Source: a virus
Virus record (IMG/VR): IMGVR_UViG_3300033153_013152
Coordinates: 1-64,000 of that record
Reading direction: 5' to 3' (one strand)
DNA: 64,000 nucleotides
Shown: positions 59,642 to 64,000 of the stretch, piece by piece
How the letters are laid out: the number at the start of each line of letters is the position of its first letter
How positions within the stretch are numbered: the first letter of the stretch is position 1
Made by a program: the position numbers and the translations under genes
The notes under the pieces: model-generated
Seen by the model: the letters and a program-made list of their open reading frames with translations, nothing else
What the model was told of the DNA's origin: nothing
Databases searched by the model: none

Positions 59642-59687
59642 GTTTTTTCTTACCCCACAATATTATACTATATTGTTTTTATAAAAT

Positions 59688-62165
59688 CTAGTCCTCAAAT
59701 GAAGCACCTGAACGAGTAATGATGAAATCTAGTTGAATAAATTCTGCAGTTCTCGTTGGTTTCAAAAACAACTTAGCAGCCATAATATTACGATCAATAA
59801 TATCAGGAGTATTAGTTGTTTCATCCATAACAATTCTAAATGCTTCAAGACCATTTTTGCGTTGAATCTCTGAAAGAATTGGATTGACCAATTGCTTAAA
59901 TCTAGTCCAAGTACTTGCATTATTTTGCTCAAAAACAAGAAACTTAGTTGCTGAAGAAATAAGTTTTTTGGCTCTAATCAAAAGCCTTCTAATATTAATT
60001 CTATCAAGAGCCGAAGCTTTATTTTGTAGGGTCTTTTGGCCCCAAATTGCAACACCTTCACCCGGAAATGATGCAATTGGATTTACTCTATTTTCATAAA
60101 GATCATCTCTTTCATCGGCAGTCAATCTATCAATTGCTTCAGTTGTTTGGAAACCAATTGAATCTTGACTTAAACCACCCCTATTGAGACCAGCAGGAGC
60201 AAACCAAGCTTCAGCAATCCTATCGTTATATGCTATTGCACCAAGAGCGGCAATAGATGCTGGCAACTCAATAACTTTATTATTTACATCATCTACAACT
60301 TTAATTCCAGGATAATATAAAGCAGCATAATTTGAATCATATCCTCTATTTTTAGCTTCAGTAACTGCAGTAGATACTGTCGTTGCAGAAGAAGTATGAT
60401 TTATAAATTCAGCAACATAAAACGCATCTGCTCTTTTTTCAATTTCATCAATAGTATAATCAACAACTTTTGTTGCATAAATACCAGGAATTGCAACCAA
60501 ATTTATATCAATAAAATCAGGATCAGAAATAATATCAACTGCTTGTCTCAAAGCCTGAACACCAATCTGAGAAACAGATGCTAATTGCGTAACATTATCT
60601 AGTGGATCTGCAAGAGTTGGATCCCAACCATCATCACCAAAAGCAACTGGCATAGTAAATTGAGCGTATTTTGGTTCAATTGTTGTATGTCCGCTAGAAT
60701 TACCAGGAGCCTTTTGTGAAGCAACAGGATTAGAAACATTATAAACAAATCCAGTACCAGTGGTTCCAAGTCCTGCAGCAGGAGTACCAGTACCAGTAGA
60801 ACCAGAAATAAACCTTAAAGTAAAATTATCATCAGAACCAGTCATAGTTCCAAATCTAGTAAATCTACCCTTTACACAACCAGAAAGTTCAAATTCTACT
60901 CCCCAATGAATATATGATTTAACATCAGATTGAGTTTCTTTATCATACAAATCTCCAACATATGGAAGAGTTGAAGACATAACCAACATATCTGTACCAT
61001 CATCAGATGCAGATGGGGCCATCATATCTGATTTTACCAAACCTTCAAAACCCCACGGAAGAGCAGCTTCTGGAATTGAACCAGTTGTCATCTCTACCCA
61101 AAAATATTTTGAAACATTTGAATAATTTCCATAAGAAACCATCTTTTCTTTTGTTTGATTCCATTTCCAATGCCTATCACCAACTCTTCTGAGAATGTAA
61201 TTATTACTAGTTGGATCCAATGAAAGACCCGGAAACCTCTCCAAAACAACAGGAGATTTATCTGTATCAGAAAAACTTCTTACTTCCAAATCAAAACTTC
61301 CATGTTCATCTATAGAAGGAATTGGAGAAACACTAACGTTTTTAATTGATATTTTAAATCTACCATTCTCTGCTACACCATGACCTAACGTGTGCATTCT
61401 AAACAATTCATACTCTTGATCACCAAAAATTTGAGAAATAACCCAAGGAGAAGAACCACTATTATAACCATCAGTAAAAGCAGTTAAATTAATACTTCCA
61501 GAACGCCAATCAATAGCATGACCATTGCCACCTAAATGATGATAATTATAATCAAAAATTTCTCTCAAATAATGACCTTTTTCTCTAATTTGTGTAGGAT
61601 CTGTATTTAAAATTTTGCCAATATAATTATCACTAGAAGTAAGCATAGAACCAGTTGCACTAACATAACTTGTTGTATCATCCGAAGAAGAAATTAATAC
61701 CATAAATAAACTATTATCATGAGCAAGTTTATCAATTTTCACATCAACTGTTCCAGAAGTTTCAATTATTGCATGTAAATACATTCTATCATCAGCTTCA
61801 TCAGCACTAAGAGTGCCAGTAAAACTAGAAATTGCCCACAAACCATCTGCAGTATAACCAGGAGTTACAGCAGTACCATTGGCTGTACGACCAGAAGGTC
61901 CTAAAACTCTGACAATATTTGCAACACCAGCATTTTTCAAGTATGATCTTGCTGCATATCCCATGTAATAATCTTCATCAAGATCACCAAAATATTCAGC
62001 ATATTCATTAAAATTCTTTACTGCAACAGGAACAAAAGCTGGACCATGTTGTGCAGTACCAATAATTGCAGCACCAATTTGACCAACACCTGGCCCCAAA
62101 TAAGATTCATCTATTTCACTTGTAAACACGCCAGGACTAATAAATGTTTTAACTTTCTTTGCCAT
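59688..62165 (-). CDS. Contractile tail sheath protein
   Basis: SPGV...EID N-terminus; WFAPAGLNRG; WGQKTL; RRLL; FEQN; FIQLDF. Confidence 0.95.
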   Translation of the reverse strand: MAKKVKTFISPGVFTSEIDESYLGPGVGQIGAAIIGTAQHGPAFVPVAVKNFNEYAEYFGDLDEDYYMGYAARSYLKNAGVANIVRVLGPSGRTANGTAVTPGYTADGLWAISSFTGTLSADEADDRMYLHAIIETSGTVDVKIDKLAHDNSLFMVLISSSDDTTSYVSATGSMLTSSDNYIGKILNTDPTQIREKGHYLREIFDYNYHHLGGNGHAIDWRSGSINLTAFTDGYNSGSSPWVISQIFGDQEYELFRMHTLGHGVAENGRFKISIKNVSVSPIPSIDEHGSFDLEVRSFSDTDKSPVVLERFPGLSLDPTSNNYILRRVGDRHWKWNQTKEKMVSYGNYSNVSKYFWVEMTTGSIPEAALPWGFEGLVKSDMMAPSASDDGTDMLVMSSTLPYVGDLYDKETQSDVKSYIHWGVEFELSGCVKGRFTRFGTMTGSDDNFTLRFISGSTGTGTPAAGLGTTGTGFVYNVSNPVASQKAPGNSSGHTTIEPKYAQFTMPVAFGDDGWDPTLADPLDNVTQLASVSQIGVQALRQAVDIISDPDFIDINLVAIPGIYATKVVDYTIDEIEKRADAFYVAEFINHTSSATTVSTAVTEAKNRGYDSNYAALYYPGIKVVDDVNNKVIELPASIAALGAIAYNDRIAEAWFAPAGLNRGGLSQDSIGFQTTEAIDRLTADERDDLYENRVNPIASFPGEGVAIWGQKTLQNKASALDRINIRRLLIRAKKLISSATKFLVFEQNNASTWTRFKQLVNPILSEIQRKNGLEAFRIVMDETTNTPDIIDRNIMAAKLFLKPTRTAEFIQLDFIITRSGASFED

Positions 62166-62209
62166 AAAACATAGTTCTCCTCATTATGATGAGAGTATAA
62201 AACTTATAG

Positions 62210-62221
62210 ATAATTAGATTT
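62210..62221 (-). promoter_or_regulatory. Candidate late-promoter motif upstream of the sheath gene
   Basis: AAATCTAATTAT, 45 nt before the ATG. Confidence 0.35.
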
Positions 62222-62258
62222 TTATTTTATAAAAAGAAAGATAAATAGAAATTAAAAA

Positions 62259-63113
62259 TTATTTATCACCAAATAATTTATCAAATTCTTCCGATGAAAT
62301 AACTTTTTCTTTTAAACTAATTATTGGTCTATTTTGATATTTATAGGCAACACTCTTTCCTTCTTCGTCACGACCATAAGAAAGAGAATCAGTTTTTGGA
62401 TCAAGCAACAAATAAAACGGAACTTTTATGTTATAAACATATTTTATTATTCTTTCTGTATCACTAAATTCTTCAAAATTAGATTGAGAAGGAAGTGAAG
62501 ATCCTTCGCGAAATCCAACAAAATAATAAGAATTTCCCTTTGGTTCATCACCATCATATTCTAAAGGCATAACAAAAGAATCATTCCAATTATAGGTATA
62601 AAATATTTTTTCCAATATTTTATTCATATGTTGTTGATATTGTGACCAAATTGTTATTGTATATAATGCACTTCCAAAATCAGGAAATGGAACAGTAACA
62701 TATTCATATATAACTTTATCTGACCTTAATGGTTCAGGAAACCCATTTGTTCTTCTATCTTCATATAAATTTTGTAAATTAGAAGTTTTTTTGTGTATAT
62801 TTTTTCTAATAACTATTTCTCTAGTTTCTTGAGCCATTCCACCAAAACCAGGAATGCGATCAATATCTGTTCTTAAAATACTTATAAGAGGAAGAATTAA
62901 AGTATTATTTTCATCTCTAAAATTCTTTTTTCTTATTGTTGCCCACCTTTCACCAGTAGCAAACATTACTTCTACCTTTTTTTCTCCACTAGGATTTTGA
63001 ACAGACAACTTTAAAGATTTATTAAAATAATCAAAAACCGCCTTATCAACTGAACGAAGAGTGACCTCTTTATATTCAGCTTTACCCTTTTTATCTAAAT
63101 ATCTATTATTCAT
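62259..63113 (-). CDS. Tail terminator / sheath stabilizer (T4 gp15-like)
   Basis: V.FATGERW, LPLISI.R, Y.ITIW......MN.I.E; directly upstream of the sheath gene. Confidence 0.7.
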   Translation of the reverse strand: MNNRYLDKKGKAEYKEVTLRSVDKAVFDYFNKSLKLSVQNPSGEKKVEVMFATGERWATIRKKNFRDENNTLILPLISILRTDIDRIPGFGGMAQETREIVIRKNIHKKTSNLQNLYEDRRTNGFPEPLRSDKVIYEYVTVPFPDFGSALYTITIWSQYQQHMNKILEKIFYTYNWNDSFVMPLEYDGDEPKGNSYYFVGFREGSSLPSQSNFEEFSDTERIIKYVYNIKVPFYLLLDPKTDSLSYGRDEEGKSVAYKYQNRPIISLKEKVISSEEFDKLFGDK

Positions 63114-63774
63114 TTAAAAATTTCTTTATATCATTTATTCCTGTTAAAATAATTATATTAGAATGGGGAAAAGTACCAGCAACTAAAACACCTATAACTT
63201 TTCCATTATATAAAACTGGACTTCCACTATTACCAGGATACGCTTCTCCAGAAATTATAATACTTCCATTAAAATATCTACCACCCAAAGAAACAATTTT
63301 TCCTTCTTCTACAACTGGATATATTCCAATAGGAGAACCAGAAATTATTACAGAATTGCCTATTTTTAAATTGTCATAAGAATCTATAAATTTTAGCGGC
63401 TTTAAACCATGTCTTTCCTTTTTCAATATACACAAATCTGATTTTTCATCAATCTTAACCATCTTAATACCGCGCATTGCAACCAATTCATCATTATTAT
63501 TTAAGAAAATCATTCCAACTTCTTGATTCATAAAACCTTTTATATAACCATCTTCAACACCAATACAAAAATGACCAGCAGTCATAATTGTTTCTTTATC
63601 AATAGCAAAACCAGTAGCAGAATACATTACTCTTCCCGTAACACTTTCCGAAAATAACTTAACAACCGATTCAAAATAATTATCATTTTGTACTTGATGC
63701 GTTTTTGTTCCCGTAGAAATAAAACAACAAGATGTAAAAATTAAACATAATAGAGCTATTAAAAACTTTTTCAT
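63106..63774 (-). CDS. Trypsin-like serine protease with lipoprotein-type signal
   Basis: TAGHFC, SDLCIL, GNSGSP catalytic triad motifs. Confidence 0.88.
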   Translation of the reverse strand: MKKFLIALLCLIFTSCCFISTGTKTHQVQNDNYFESVVKLFSESVTGRVMYSATGFAIDKETIMTAGHFCIGVEDGYIKGFMNQEVGMIFLNNNDELVAMRGIKMVKIDEKSDLCILKKERHGLKPLKFIDSYDNLKIGNSVIISGSPIGIYPVVEEGKIVSLGGRYFNGSIIISGEAYPGNSGSPVLYNGKVIGVLVAGTFPHSNIIILTGINDIKKFLNE

Positions 63775-63778
63775 ATTA

Positions 63779-64000
63779 CTATTCTTCCTTAATTGTAAAA
63801 TTTGATTCTCTACTAACTACACACTCTAATTTGTACATTACTTTCTCATTTATTTGTCCAAAAGTAATTTGTGGCTCAGTTACCTTTTTAATTTCATAAA
63901 TAATATCACCAAATTTAACAAAATCTCCTTCCCTCACTCTAACATTTCTTTCATCTGCTTCATGCACATGTATATAAACTTCAATTGAATAGACCATATC
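63779..64000 (-). CDS. Neck / head-closure protein (T4 gp14-like), 3' part only
   Basis: REGDFV.FG...YEI; located upstream of the tail terminator. Confidence 0.6.
   Translation of the reverse strand, partial: DMVYSIEVYIHVHEADERNVRVREGDFVKFGDIIYEIKKVTEPQITFGQINEKVMYKLECVVSRESNFTIKEE

Noticed and set aside
30-60584. Most plus-strand ORFs in the track (for example 30..347, 756..1094, 47292..47687, 53497..53874)
   Set aside because: They are shadow ORFs opposite well-supported minus-strand genes, with Phe/Leu/Ile-rich composition and no RBS.
1-64000. Genome-wide stop-codon reassignment (code 15 or 4/25)
   Set aside because: Long genes (dnaE, nrdJ, sheath) are intact in code 11; TAA, TGA and TAG are all seen terminating genes; only one in-frame TAG was found.
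1-64000. CGG as a universal frameshift or unassigned codon
   Set aside because: About five in-frame CGG codons occur in apparently intact ORFs (for example MRR at 2643, FLRH at ~18743, YRLG at ~22294), so any recoding must be partial or context-dependent.

Overview
A 64-kb, very AT-rich segment of a large (probably jumbo) contractile-tailed dsDNA phage genome. Almost every gene is on the minus strand. In transcription order (right to left) it holds: (i) a T4-like tail module (neck, tail terminator, sheath, tube, tail assembly chaperone pair, tape measure, baseplate/hub proteins) with two free-standing endonuclease genes inserted; (ii) a replication and recombination block (PolA-like, gp32-like SSB, RecA/UvsX, flap nuclease, gp41/DnaB-like helicase, DnaE); (iii) a large nucleotide-metabolism block (class II RNR, ThyX-like, purB, purA, guaB/guaC-like, two deaminases, a 5'-nucleotidase); (iv) a long accessory region with two tRNAs, two RNA ligases, a kinase, phosphoesterases, an RlaP-like nucleotidyltransferase, an RNA methylase, a radical SAM/SPASM enzyme, many lipoproteins and several sigma70-type promoters. 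The most striking observation is five genes split by a +1 frameshift: recA, baseplate hub, tape measure, a homing endonuclease and, more weakly, an HNH gene. In each, the zero frame has the very rare codon CGG inside the junction window, and skipping one base gives a Gly codon that continues the protein. This is either a novel recoding or expression-control mechanism or a motif-specific sequencing artefact. Also notable: five paralogues sharing an N-terminal MKxRxGFVSNSSSxS(F/Y) motif (one next to the radical SAM gene, one interrupted by an amber codon), a purA-purB-guaB/C purine interconversion set, and tandem Ser/Arg/Trp-repeat ORFs with identical leaders. All family assignments come from motif recognition by eye; no database searches were run.
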